From the human T2T-CHM13v2.0 reference genome, Homo sapiens, in NCBI RefSeq assembly GCF_009914755.1, contig NC_060933.1: a DNA stretch of 64,000 nt. One strand, written 5' to 3'. Of this stretch, positions 50,944 to 63,294 are shown in pieces; position 1 is the first letter of the stretch, and each line of letters opens with the position of its first letter. The notes under the pieces are model-generated. The model had not been told where the DNA came from and did not search any database. It worked only from the letters and a program-made list of their open reading frames with translations. A program made the translations under genes and the position numbers.

Positions 50944-53839
50944 TAAGCCCTACTTTTGAAGTATTTTATTTCACTGTAGTTCTTCACTCTCACAGCATTT
51001 GTAGTTCTCAGATCACTTTCTCATTCACGAACTTTAAACTTATAAGAATCTAATGGGACTAGTTAGCTATCCCTGTTCCCAGTTTACAGATGGAAAACCT
51101 ATTCCCATTTTACAAATAGAGAACCTCAGTTCAGAGCAGGCAAGTGACTTGTACGAAGTCACACAGTAAGTGGCAGAGTTAGGATTAGGACCTAGGATTG
51201 ATACTTTGTCTTATGTTCATTCCACTCTACCATGAGCTGCTTTGGGGAAAGGCAGTTTGTCCGGGAGGCCCTGGCTGGGAGGGTCACACATTAGTAATGA
51301 GCAATTTTTGAGACTGGCTAGCTACTTCTCAGTGAGACAGGCTCAGAGGGGTCCAGGATCCATTTAGTCAATATATGGAGGGTGTGCAAGGGGCAGTTGA
51401 GACCTCTGTCATTCCCAAAGGTGTCAGGCAGGCACAGCATCCATAGGTGGTAGGAGCTGAAGCTAGGCTTTCCCAATTTCATTATTCATTCCCCAGCCAG
51501 CAGGGTGGACAGGATTTAGTGGGCAGGCCACCATCCCTCCACTGCCAACCCCGCAGGAAATTTCTCTCTTGTCAGCAGTGCTGACTTGCAGAATGTACAC
51601 GGCATTATTGAAACATGGTTAACAATGAAAGTGTTGATGGCCACACTACCAAAAGGGATTCCAAGCTGACTGAGCACATCGTGGTCATTGTGCTAAGGTA
51701 AACCAGACTGGCCCCTAAGCTCTCTGAGAAACCAATGACCCGACTGTGTCTACTGGCATCAGATAACCAGGCTGGAGTAGAACCTGGCCTTCCCAAAGAC
51801 TTTCTAGTTTGTAGCTAATTCATAGCCAAACCTAGAATTGTTTCTACCACAGAGCACCTTCAATATGTAGGCATGTAGCTCTCTTCCTAATACTCAAAAA
51901 TTAAGCTGTTCTTCCCATATTTTCCTAGGATTTAATCTATCTCCTCTTAAATTTTTAAATTCCTTCTTATTTATAATTGTTAGATTGACCCACACTAAAA
52001 GATAAGACTGTAGATGTCTAAGAATCATTAAAAGCAGAGTCTAGTAAAGGTGTTTCTAGATAATAAATGACATAGGGCAGAATCCTCTTGTTTAAAAGAT
52101 GGAAAATGAGAAGTACTGACTAATGGGAGGAATGTTAAGAATACCGATAGCTCAACCCTTAAAAAAAAAAAAGCCTATATAAAAGGGTGGATAAAATGAA
52201 GTCATTCACTTAAGTTGGTCCATGGCATTTTTCATGAAGCAATGATTGGGTTGAGTGATCAAGATTACCATTTCCAGAGCACCTACCATGGCCAATCACA
52301 AGCCTTTTACATCTGTTAACCTTATTTATTACAACATCCCTGTGAGAGGGCTGAGATTCCAACTTGTCTTCAGAGTTCCTGTCTTTTCTGTGTCATATCT
52401 ACCTCCTACTTCCTAATCCTACTTTTCAAAACTTTTGTCATTAACAGGACTACCACTCTGGACCAACATCTGAATAACACAGTATTTAAACTTATCAGAT
52501 ATGACAACCCAATGAGACTGGACATCACATATTTTCATTTCCATCTTAATGTAAGGAAACTGTCATTCTAATCTATTATGTGATTTGTCCATACTACCAC
52601 AACAAAATAAATGTAGAATGATCTCTAACCATTTGGCTCTAATTGATTCCCGTACACTCTCCTTATCTACCCAGTTTCCTCTAGGGACTCATGTTGATCA
52701 ACTGACATTGCCAAAGCTAACCAAGAGAAAAGGAAGTCATCACAGTGAAATATTGATATTCATTTCTAGCCAGATTTCCAATTGCTCATTTTCAATCTGC
52801 TATGTAAAGACCTTAGCCACTATATACCTTAAGCAACATTCAGCCTAGTTTATTTTTCACAATGGTGCTGTTTTCTGACTTCTTTCTATCTTCTTGCTCC
52901 ATGGGGACTCCCTAAATGAATCTATCATTTGGATCCCATGGAGAAAAATAGCATATACTTGAAATCCCATCAACTTTCCCAAAGAGCTAACAACCACAGG
53001 AGCCAAGAGGACCACAGGCAATGTTCTCCTTCTTTTGATTCTGTGCAGCTATCACATATGTTTTAAATGACCATTTATTTTCAAAAGATCCCAGGCAAAA
53101 AAGAACTAACACAAATATAAACATTTGAGGGGATCCTGGCATTCCTTTCAAAATTACTTTTGTCCAAGGGAAGCTTCAGGTTGCTGGGAAATGTCACACT
53201 CATAGCTCTTGCTCAACAAGACTGACTTTTACTCACACAACGGGCCTTGGCAAGTCATTTCCCTTTTGGTATACAGAGCTCTTGTTTTCCCCACAAAGGA
53301 ATTGGCTATGATCGTTTGTGATTCTCAAAGGACTCATGTTCTAAAATAGATTCTGAAATTTTTATTAACAAAACATCTATTTTGCATATCTAGCATTCTG
53401 TATCCTTTTCGTATAATGCTTTGCAATGAAGCATCTATCATAAAAACCACTAAACCGTACAGATGGTGTTTATGCAACACAATTTAATGTCCCAGCAAGA
53501 ACTAGTGATTTGTTACATACATTATGCATCATTGTGATGTATATATCCAGATTTTAAATGTTTGGAGGGCAAATAGTCACCAATATCATTGTGGCACTAG
53601 ACTACGATTTTTTTTCTTAATACCAGGCCATGGCCAAACATCTAATATAAAATAATTATACAATATGTTTATTAAATAAATAGCATAGTTTGGGTTTTAA
53701 ATGCCTGTGTTTGTAATGGGTTCAAAGATTTTAAAATACTAAAATTTAGAAAGTTGAAAGAAGTGCTGGAAGAGGAGAAAAGATTTTCCCTCTGCTCCTT
53801 GGCCAACCATCAGGCAGTCATTTCATGTGCCTTCCTGTT

Positions 53840-54210
53840 TCACCTAGGGTTCTTGGTCCCAAGCAACAGAAATAGATTCTGGCTGATAGGAGCAGAAAAA
53901 GAATGAAATGAAATTGTATTAGATAGCTCACAGGAGAGATGGAACGTCCAAAGAAGGAAGCTTGGGCAATGGGTACAACCAAAGGTGAACTAATAGCCTG
54001 AAGGAATTCTCTAACATGCTCAGTCTCCAAAATTCTTGGCAGGCACACATGCCTGACTGAGCCGAGATTGCCTGCCATACCATGGCTTCAGGGGGATCTG
54101 GGGAACAAGTGTCTGATACCTCCCAGCTTCTACCACAGGATGTGGCTCTGCCTCTCACTATGGCTTTTAATATGGGAAATCCCCAAAGATGGGAAGGAGT
54201 TCACAAATTG
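53840..54210 (-). mobile_element. Old MLT1 LTR
   Basis: 'tagggttcttggtcccaagcaacagaaatagattctggctga'. Confidence 0.5.
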
Positions 54211-54589
54211 GCCAGCCAGAGGAAAAAAAAATGTGTATATGAACAAGTCTGTTACACTTCCTACCTGGCCAGAAGCATTTTGAATTTCCTCTCTTCTTTG
54301 GCTTTTTGTCTTACCTGCTTTGATAATCCGCAACACTGAATAAACACAAGCTTTTTTTATTGTGGGTCTCAGGGCAGTTAAAAATCACTTAGGAAGTACA
54401 CACTATTGGTCATGAGTCTTTAGTCTATTCCTAGTAAATTCAATTAGTACAAAGGTTCTAAACCCATCCCTAACTCCCACATCACCCTGTAGAAATTTAA
54501 TTCTGTACAGGTCTTCAGGAGATTCTGATGCAGATTTCTGATTAGGAACCATGTTTTAGTCTTTCTCATCTTTCACAGTTTCTTTACAA

Positions 54590-55480
54590 ACGATTTCTAT
54601 TTTTCTGAAGCCCCAACCCTACGCCATCAGTCTTAATCAATGACTCTTTGTTCAATTGGGAAAACCAGTCCATCTGATGCAAATTCACTTAACCTCTCTC
54701 CTGAGAGTTGAACTCAAACTTTCTTCTTGTCTTTATCCATTTCTTCCTCCTTCCCTACTTCGTTATTCCTTCTTCCCAAGGCTAACTGGCTAATGTGATG
54801 CTCATCTGAATGTCCTCTTGACTAATTAGAGACTTTGACTAATATTCACCTTCCTTTTTGACTGTATCTTTGGCCTCATTTCCCTGTTGTCTAATTTGCT
54901 TTGACCCCCAAACATCCAAGTCTTGCCTGACCTAAAAACCCTTTCCACTAGACCCTGCTTCCCATGGGCTATGTTCCTGTTCTCCACCTTCATCTTTCAC
55001 ATCTGAAGAGCTGAAAGAAGCAGTTTGTACTCATGGTTGCTTCTCTGATCTCTCGCTCATCCCCATTTTTGTTTGTTTTATTTTCAACATTCACTTGGTA
55101 GCAGTCATTCCTCACCTCTTGTAAGTGCTTCCAAGCTCATCTTCTGGACACAAGTCACTCATGGCTTACTGACAGCCCTCCAATGGTCTCTTCTTCATCT
55201 GCATCCCCCATGACCTTTCAGAAGCATATGACCCTGTTGAAAACCTCTTTCCTTCTTTGTGGCTTTTGGTGCAAATCCCTTTGAATTTTTCCTTCTACTT
55301 CTCGGATGATACTTTATCAGTCTTCTTTGCTGGGCTCTCTCCTCTTCTTGCTCTGTTTTCTCATCCTGGCTGTTCTCATTTCTTTAGCTGTAACCGCAAA
55401 GTAGATGACACTTGGATGTGTGTCCCCAACCCCGATTCTTCTATTCAGAGTTCAGATATTTCCAACTGATCACTTCCAAA
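54590..55480 (+). mobile_element. Degenerate L2 ORF2-region fragment
   Basis: 'ccaatggtctcttcttcatc...tgacctttcagaagcatatgaccctgttga'. Confidence 0.55.
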
Positions 55481-56265
55481 GGGTGCCCAGGCCCTTTTCC
55501 TTCTCCATCTCCCCATTCCATCACTCCTTTTAAAAATTTATTGCGGTTAAAAATACAAAACTTAAAATTTACCATTTCAACCACTTTTAAGCATATGGTT
55601 TGATGACAGTAAGTACATTCACACTGTTGTGCTCAATCATACCTTTTAAATATCTGTATAGCTGGGAGTAGAAGGACCATTTCTGGTTCAATTGTTTATT
55701 CCTGGGGCCTGCTTCTATCTCCATATCATTGGCCAAGCCTGGTGCTTAATGGTTAAGAGCATGGGCTCTGGTGAGTGTGATCTGAGTTTAAATCCCAGCT
55801 CTATAACTGTAGCTGAGTCTTTCAACCTCTCTGGTCTCATTTTCCTCATCTTAGTATTCTCTACAATCACTCTGCTGAAGCAATAACAGCTTTGTTTATT
55901 TGTGAGCAAACCCCTTTAAATAACTTGTCCTGCTGGGGCTTGTGCTGGAAATGAAGAAAAAAGGATGCATTTGAAGAAAAGGATGGGCTTAGCCAGAAAG
56001 TAGAAGTTTCTGATATATTGGAGTGGGATGTAGAATCTGGCACTGGCTTGGATTTATTAAACAATCAGCTCCACCTACACTTGTTATGAAAAAGATGGGA
56101 AAACAATCCATCAGTAAACGATTTTGGTGAGTGCTTCCATCTTTGGTCAGAGGAGTAATTGTTCATCAGTGACAGGTGAACCTCTGTGAAAATTGAAAGG
56201 GCAATTTAGTTGAAATGGAAGCATTTATTCAGGAAACAGGTGATCTGGGAAAATTTGATGTGCAT

Positions 56266-56563
<298 letters not shown>

Positions 56564-56949
56564 TGATGTGTATATCTTTTAACATGCCTTTAAATCCTAT
56601 GGCTCTAAAGAGGCCATATTAGTTATTTCAGTGTTTATTTCATTTGATGAAGAAACGTTTGCATATGAATGTTGGGAATTCTAGCAGGTCCTGCCTCAAT
56701 GTGAAGAGGCATTTTTTTTTGCTTTTGGCATTGATCTCCTTTTGGACTGGGCCTGATCCACTTCTTACATCCAGTCCAGGACCTGTCACAAAAGACTCAC
56801 ATTAGTACCACATGGTATCCTGTTTTAGTAAAGAATAGGTGAAATATTTTAGTGAGTAGATCCTACTTTTCCTTTCAGATGCAATGAACAGAAGACCCTG
56901 AAAGGATTTCAATCCAGAATGTCACAGGATAATAAGAGCAGATGTCTGT

Positions 56950-57095
56950 GATGCCCTTTACAAAGCACCTTTACATACTGTCTCTCATTCGTCTCTAATG
57001 ACACCTATGTGATCCTCCATTTTTTCAGATGAGGAAACTGAGGTTCAGAGTGATTAAGCGAGTTGCCTGAGATTTCACAGCTAACACATTGTGAA
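56950..57095 (-). mobile_element. MIR just upstream of the CpG island
   Basis: 'ccattttttcagatgaggaaactgaggttcagagtgattaag'. Confidence 0.8.
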
Positions 57096-57738
57096 ATCTA
57101 GTCTAGCACCCAGGACTAAAAACTCTCGGCTTCTTTTAAGGCCACATATCGCCTCACCAGAAGGGTGGCCTCTCTGGAGATATACCCTACCCTCGGCCGA
57201 CTTGATATTGAGAACTTGGTCATCTTAAGCATGTGGGCCACTTGGGCAAGGCAGCCCTTCCCAAATTGTAAATGTCCCCACGTGGAGCTCAAGCGTCTGG
57301 CTTGAGCCAGAAGGTGCCCTGAACACTCGGTGGCCCCAGCCCCCACGTAACAGCACGTGCTCGGGTCCCACATTCGGTCAGACGCCCCTCTCCACTGGCA
57401 TCTGCCCGGTGGAGGCGCCACTGCGCTCTGCCTCCGCCCCAGCAAGCGCGTGTCCACGCGGGCGCGCCACGCCAGCCGTGCGCCCCAGCGGCTCGCCGTG
57501 CGCCCGCGCCCCAGGTGCCCACTGGCTCGCGCGCCCTCCGTCTGCGCCTTGGAGACCCGCGGCGGCGATCGCTCGGAGCCGCCTTGGACCGCGGCCTCGG
57601 GTCCATCACACTCCAGGGGCGGAGCGAGGCACCGAGACGTCAGGGCGGAGAACTAGCGCCGGGCTAGCGCGCCCTCCCGGCGGCTGCCGGCGTCCCACGT
57701 CCTCGGCTGGCGCGGCCGGCGGCGGCGGCGACCGGGAG

Positions 57739-57743
57739 ATGCA
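57739..57743 (+). CDS. PALM2AKAP2: Coding end (ATG CA) of a candidate alternative first exon in the CpG island; splicing to 57982 gives MQ-MAEAELHK...
   Basis: GGGAG-ATG-CA|gtgagc provides a donor at 57744. Its phase 2 matches the single G before the ATG at the 57982 acceptor. The intron would be 238 nt. Confidence 0.6.
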
Positions 57744-57981
57744 GTGAGCGGCGGCGCTGGGGCGCAGCCAGGCGGCCGGGAGGGCGGGGGCCAGAGGCTG
57801 AGCCCGGGCGAGCCCGCCGTGCGCACAGCTCTGCCCGCCGCCCCTGGAGCGGATCCCCAGCCGTCCCTGGGCGTTCTCCCGGGTTCTAGCAAAGCCCCCC
57901 GGGGTGCCCATCAGTTTCCTTGGGTGACTACAGCGTGTGTTTTTTCTTTCCTCTTTCCCCTGCCTGTGTGCCCTTCTCCAG

Positions 57982-58027
57982 GATGGCAGAGGCGGAATTG
58001 CACAAGGAAAGGCTGCAAGCCATAGCA
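57982..58027 (+). CDS. PALM2AKAP2: Paralemmin-2 / PALM2-AKAP2 N-terminal coding exon (G + ATG at 57983; MAEAELHKERLQAIA); the gene continues beyond the window
   Basis: The peptide matches the paralemmin-2 N-terminus as I recall it. A long polypyrimidine tract (57937-57979) ends in ccag at 57978-57981. A consensus donor GCA|gtaagt follows at 58028-58033, phase 0. The exon sits in the CpG island. Confidence 0.93.
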
Positions 58028-59857
58028 GTAAGTCCACTTTCATTTTATTTTCTTGCTCTATTGTCTGGGGTGGAAGGGGGCCCCCGAGGGTTTCGGGGCA
58101 AGCGGCATGCCAGCACAGTAGCCGCAGGTCATATGTTCCAGGGGCTAAAACTCTGTCAGGGCTCAGCTAGGCTGCCTTTTCTTTTCTATGTCTATAGATG
58201 GAGACCCCCAAGGGCGCGCTTTGGACTGAGGATTTGAATGTGGAAGATTGGCTTAAAAAAAGATGCTTGCTGCTGGGCTTTGGGGAAGGACTAAACAGAG
58301 GCTTGGGGTGGGGGGACGACTCCAGGAATATTATGACCAAATGCTCAGGCATACGTTGGCTTCATAGCCTGGAGAACCAAGAGAAGGGTGACCTGAACGG
58401 TGGCTGCCATCCTCTCTGCGGAAGCTGTCCTCCTGTTAAGTAGAAAACCAGGAGTCAGCGACTCAGCCAGCCACGCGGTAGAACCTCCTCCCAGAAACCG
58501 GGAATGTTAGTTTTCCCTTCTCTGTTTGATATTGACAAGGGCACTGGCACAAGCCACCACCCTGGAGGTCTGGGGACTTCATACAACTGGGTCCTGGTTA
58601 TAATATTCCATGAGAGCCTCCTTCTTATGGTGTGGAGTATCTGAAAACCTATTTTCAGCCTACAAAGGAGTAGTCAGTTTTGGCAAAGTTCGTAGGCACT
58701 TTCAGAAAAGTGTACCCATGTGCATCTTGGGTTTAAAAAAGAACTCTCTGAGACTGCCTAGATTTGAGCAATCTTAACACAGTGTTGCCAATGATCCACA
58801 GATGTGGTATTTTTACTGGAGCCACCACAGCTGGATTATATATTTCCTTCGAGGATGAGGGAATGATTACTGCTGCCGTATGAAATAGTAACAATTAAAA
58901 AAGAAGGTCCGTTAACATATTGGCATAAAAGAATCTCCAGACATTCTTCCACCTAAATACATTTGTGTTTTTCAGTTCGGAAGTTCTCTGGAAACACATA
59001 TAAATTTGTTGGAGAAATAGTGTGTAATGTTTTGGAACCAAAGTATATTAAAGCGTTTTCCAAAACCTTTTTGGACAGATTCTTCATTGGGAAAATGCAC
59101 ACAGACCCTTCCTTTTTTAGAAGCATTTGACATGGTCTCCAAGGCTCTGAGACCCTCTTTCTCAAACGCCTCAAATCTGAAATGTCTTGGAGACTTCACC
59201 ACTGAAGTGAGAGAGATGTTTGCTGGCAATATTGAAATGCCATGGTTTGCCTATTAGGTAATCTTTGAACGTGGTGCTCTGAACTCAGAAAGGTTGTTTT
59301 TTTCTTCTTTCTCTTTCCCCCTGTGCATGTGTATTTTGATGGTTTGTGAAGTTATTTGTGGTTTCTAAAGTTGGTGGCAAGGCAGCATGGCCAGTGTGTC
59401 ATGAACTTGATAAGAATGGTGATATTGAGTTAATGGTGCCATGTAGCTGGTGGGTGTTTTGTGTGAACTGGATAATAGGCTGCTTTAACTGTTGATGCAG
59501 TGGCTGTTCCCATTGGCTGCTGCTGAAGGCTTCCAACAGTTGTCACATTTTCTGCCTTTGCACAACCAGCTTTACTGGATGCCTGAGGAACAGCTGAACT
59601 CCATGAAAGGACTTGCTTTCCAAACATGGAGCCAGTAGCTGCTAACACTGGGGTACCCTTTTCCAAGTGCGGTTGAGTAATCCCAGCAGAGGCCAAGTCG
59701 ATTTTCCAAGAAAGATCTAGGCAAATCTTTGGGAATTCTCTTGAGCATATAAGAATACACACAAATACTCACTTGTGCCTCTTCAGTTATTGAAGAATTG
59801 AGTTTGTCCTGTGTATCTGGGGAGCTGTTGATTACTCTCATGAATGTGCACCTAATA

Positions 59858-60195
59858 CAGTCTGCCCTCCCTATTCATGGGTTCCATATCCACGCCTTCA
59901 GTCAATCTTGGATTGTAACTATTGGAAAAAATAATAGATAGCTGAGTCTGTACTGAACATGTACAGACTTTTTCTTGTCACCATTCCCTAAATAATACAG
60001 TATAATCAACTGTTTACGTCGCATTTACAGTGTATTAGGTATTATAAATAATCTGAAAATGATTAATGTATGTGGGAGGATGTGAGTAGGTTATATGCAA
60101 ATACCATGCTATTTTATAGGGACTTGAGCATCCTTTGATTTTGGTATCCAAGGGGGTCCTGAAACCAATTCTCTGAGGATACTGAGGGATGACTG
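59858..60195. mobile_element. MER2 (TcMar-Tigger MITE)
   Basis: TA|cagtctgccctcc...gagggatgactg|TA: terminal inverted repeats with a TA target duplication, ~340 bp. Confidence 0.85.
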
Positions 60196-60226
60196 TATGA
60201 TGTTGTCAGGACAGATTTGCTAACAG

Positions 60227-60234
60227 CGTGTGTT

Positions 60235-60276
<42 letters not shown>

Positions 60277-60291
60277 TGTGAGAGAGAGAGC
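60227..60291. repeat. (TG)n(AG)n compound microsatellite
   Basis: Direct reading. Confidence 0.95.
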
Positions 60292-60814
60292 CAATTAAGA
60301 GACAGAGGGAGTTGGGTGGGGGGACTTATGGCCACATCGGTAAATGGTTTTATGCTATGCTTTGGTCTAGTGCCTACTCTTCTGAATTCTGCAAACCCTG
60401 ACTCTCTCATCACTTTCCTGGAGTTCTCAGGGGACCCTGAGGAGATCACAAGCCTGCCCCCAGAACCTAGCACTCCTGAAGTCTCTCTGGAGATGTGAGG
60501 GAAGAAGAGAATAGGTCCTCACATCTTCACTTACTTGGGCTTCTCTCTCAGAGGCAGAGAATCGACTGGGATTCCAGTCTGCAGGGCCTTGGGCAGTCTT
60601 TAGTCTGGGTCTCAGCTCCTTCATCTGTAGAATGGGTTCATGAGTTCTACCTCCTGGGCTGGTTGTAAGGTTTAGTTAGGATGGAGGTGAAGCACCTGGC
60701 AGGTAGCTGTCATTGGATGGTGTTGAGCAGAGCCCTTAGCTTTTGTCTGTATTGCTGTCTTGTCCTATGGGGGGTCAGAAGCAACATCTCTGAAGTGGAA
60801 TGTGTATTAATGAC

Positions 60815-61089
60815 TTTTTTTTTTTTTAGACAGAGTCTCACTCTGTCACCCAGGCTGGAGTGCTGCCATGACAGCTCGCTGCATCCTGAAACCATCCTCC
60901 CACCTCAGCCTCCCCAGTAGCTGGGATTACAGGCATGTGCCACCATGCCCAGCTAATTTTTAAATTTTTTGTAGAGATGGGGTTTCGCCATGTTGCCCAG
61001 GCTGGTCTGGAACTCCTGACCTCATGTGATCCTCCCACCTCTGCCTCCCAAAGCACTGAGTTTAGAGACATGAGCCACTATACTTGGTC
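60815..61089 (-). mobile_element. AluJ with an internal deletion in the right arm
   Basis: Poly-T plus Alu in reverse. Confidence 0.88.
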
Positions 61090-62264
61090 TGAACAGCTCT
61101 TTTTTAATCCCTTCCTTCAACTGACTGAAAGTCAGGGCCCTGCCCAGCATCACTTTCTCTAACTGCTTTAGACAGAGGCAGAGATATGACTTGAGGATTC
61201 ATTCATCCATTTGTTCAGTAGGTATTTACAGATTGCCTCCTCTGGGAAGGTATTGGCAACACTGAAAAGTTGGTGTCCCCAGGTTTCAGCTGCCTGAGGC
61301 TGAAACCTTTATTTCACCTTTTGCACATAATTTCTTGAAGGACAGATGTCCTGATACCTAAGATGCTTGTCACATGAACATCTGTGGAATATCCGCCCCC
61401 ACCAACAAAACTGAATTAAATACTTAGAAACTACAGTGCTTTAATGGAATCTTCCATTTGGATCCAGGAACTAATCAATGAGAAAAGATGACTCTTATCC
61501 TAATTTCTGCCAAAAGAAAAGCAAGTCCATCTTTGACAATGATCTCTACACTCACATGCTCCTTTCTTCTGTAGGGATACTCCCCAAACTTTACATTTAG
61601 AACATGGTAAAAAGCCTCTGAAACAGCATGAGTGAGAATGGTAATCCCAGGGACTAATAACAACAATTGCCATTTATTGAATATTGTTCATTCAGAAAGG
61701 CACGGTGTGAAATACTTTTTGTTTTTCGCCTAACGTTATTTATAGTCTAATGGAAGAAATAGAAAAGCACATAAGCAGTTACTATCCAGGAGTACTATGA
61801 AAATGAGCATCCAGGAGGAACATGTAAACCAATCTCAGAGTTGTGAAACAATTCCCCAAAAAGAAGACATTAGAGTAAGTCCTGAAAATTGGGTAAAATA
61901 AAATATAAAATAACATCATAACCTTCCCAATTACCAGGAGGCATTTGTTTATTCGTTATTTGATTATTATTTATTCAGGACATTTAGTGTGAGAAAGGGA
62001 AAGGCAAAAGCATGAAGAAGTTAAGTCAGTAGCTAAAGACACAAACTCAGAGTGAACACTGAAATGCTTTTCAGCATGTATTATCTCATTGAATCCTAAT
62101 AAGAAGCTTATGAGGTAGGCACTACAGTATTACTCATATTTTATAGGTGAGGAGGTTCTAGAACTGGTCTAACATTAAACTGATAGTATCAAAGCCAGGA
62201 TTTGAATGCTGCCCGCAGCAGGCCATTGGAGCCTTTGCTTTGACTGCTGCCCTGAGCTGCCACC

Positions 62265-62276
62265 CAAGATGGCGGC
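62265..62276 (+). promoter_or_regulatory. Consensus YY1 motif CAAGATGGCGGC in the intron
   Basis: Exact match to the canonical YY1 motif; a few CpGs are retained nearby. Confidence 0.4.
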
Positions 62277-62949
62277 AGCGTCTCGCACTTTTCCCATGAG
62301 CACACTGTGCAGGTGGTCTCAGCAGCCTGAGTGTGAGCCACAGACTGATTCCATTGCAATGGGAAAGCTTGAGACAAGCCAGGAGGCCTACCTCCTTTTG
62401 AGAGTCTTTCAAGCCTGGATTCAGTGCATAGAAATACCCAACATAAAATTTAATGGAACGAGTAACATTCCCATGGGGAAGAAGCTGTTGTGTCTCAGTG
62501 GAAACTAACCTTGTGGGAGGGTGCTGTTATGTCTGCACATTGGAGAGGAAGATAGTTTTCTTTGGGCATGAGTGAAAATAAGTAAATGTTATATAAATTG
62601 TCTTGGGTGAAACTCCTAAGAGCCACGTGGACAAGGCTCAGGCTACACCAGGGACCAGCATGAGTATGTTTATATATGTGCGGAAATAGGAAATGCTAAT
62701 CTAACCTATGCTGTTCTTTAGGGAATTTTGTCATTTAATTAGAACCCACTCTGTGAAGTAATAAAAATGATCTTTGCATTTGTGCAGTACTTTATAATTT
62801 ATGAAAACCTTGTATATGCTACCTTCTTCCTGAGGTGTGTAGAGCAAATCTTATACGCTTTACAGGTGAGTATTCAGAGCTATCCAAGCTTACACAGATA
62901 GAGGTGGAAGAGTTGTAGTAAATCCCAGCCTCTCCTGACTCCCAATTCT

Positions 62950-63294
62950 TGTATTAGTCCGTTTTCACCGTGCTGATAAAGACATACCCGAGACTGGGTA
63001 ATTTATAAGGAAAAAGAGGTTTAATGGACTTATAGTTCCACGTGGCTGGGGAGGCCTCACAATCATGGCAGAAGGTGAAAGGCACATCTCACATGGCAAC
63101 AGACTGGAAATGAGAGCTTGTGCAGGGAAACTCCCCTTTATAAAACCATCAGATCTCGTGAGACTGATTCACTATCACAAGAACAGCATGGGAAAGACAT
63201 GTCCCCGTGATTCAATTACCTCCTACCATGTCCCTCCCACAACACGTGGGAATTCAAGATGAGATTTGGGTGGGGACACAGCAAAACCGTATCA
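62950..63294 (-). mobile_element. THE1 (THE1B/C-like) MaLR solo LTR
   Basis: 'tgtattagtccgttttcac..tgctgataaagacatacccgagactgggtaatt...gagatttgggtggggacacagcaaaaccgtatca'. Confidence 0.92.

Larger units (their letters stand above)
57280..58130 (+). promoter_or_regulatory. CpG island / TATA-less promoter of PALM2AKAP2
   Basis: Abrupt rise in GC and CpG content. GC boxes GGGCGG at ~57617, ~57643 and ~57782; E-boxes CACGTG at ~57279 and ~57354; CRE-like GACGTCA at ~57636; short (GGC)n at 57718-57729. Confidence 0.9.

Noticed and set aside
57400-57425. Possible CTCF site in the CpG island
   Set aside because: Several mismatches to the core motif; such matches are expected by chance in GC-rich DNA.
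57116-58043. Several overlapping 80-145 aa ORFs on both strands
   Set aside because: Stops are scarce in the GC-rich CpG island; only the MAEAELHKERLQAIA exon has splice signals and a recognisable product.
57920-58237. 105-aa ORF containing the PALM2 peptide
   Set aside because: The flanking parts are the polypyrimidine tract and the intron after the gtaagt donor; only 57982-58027 is supported as exon.
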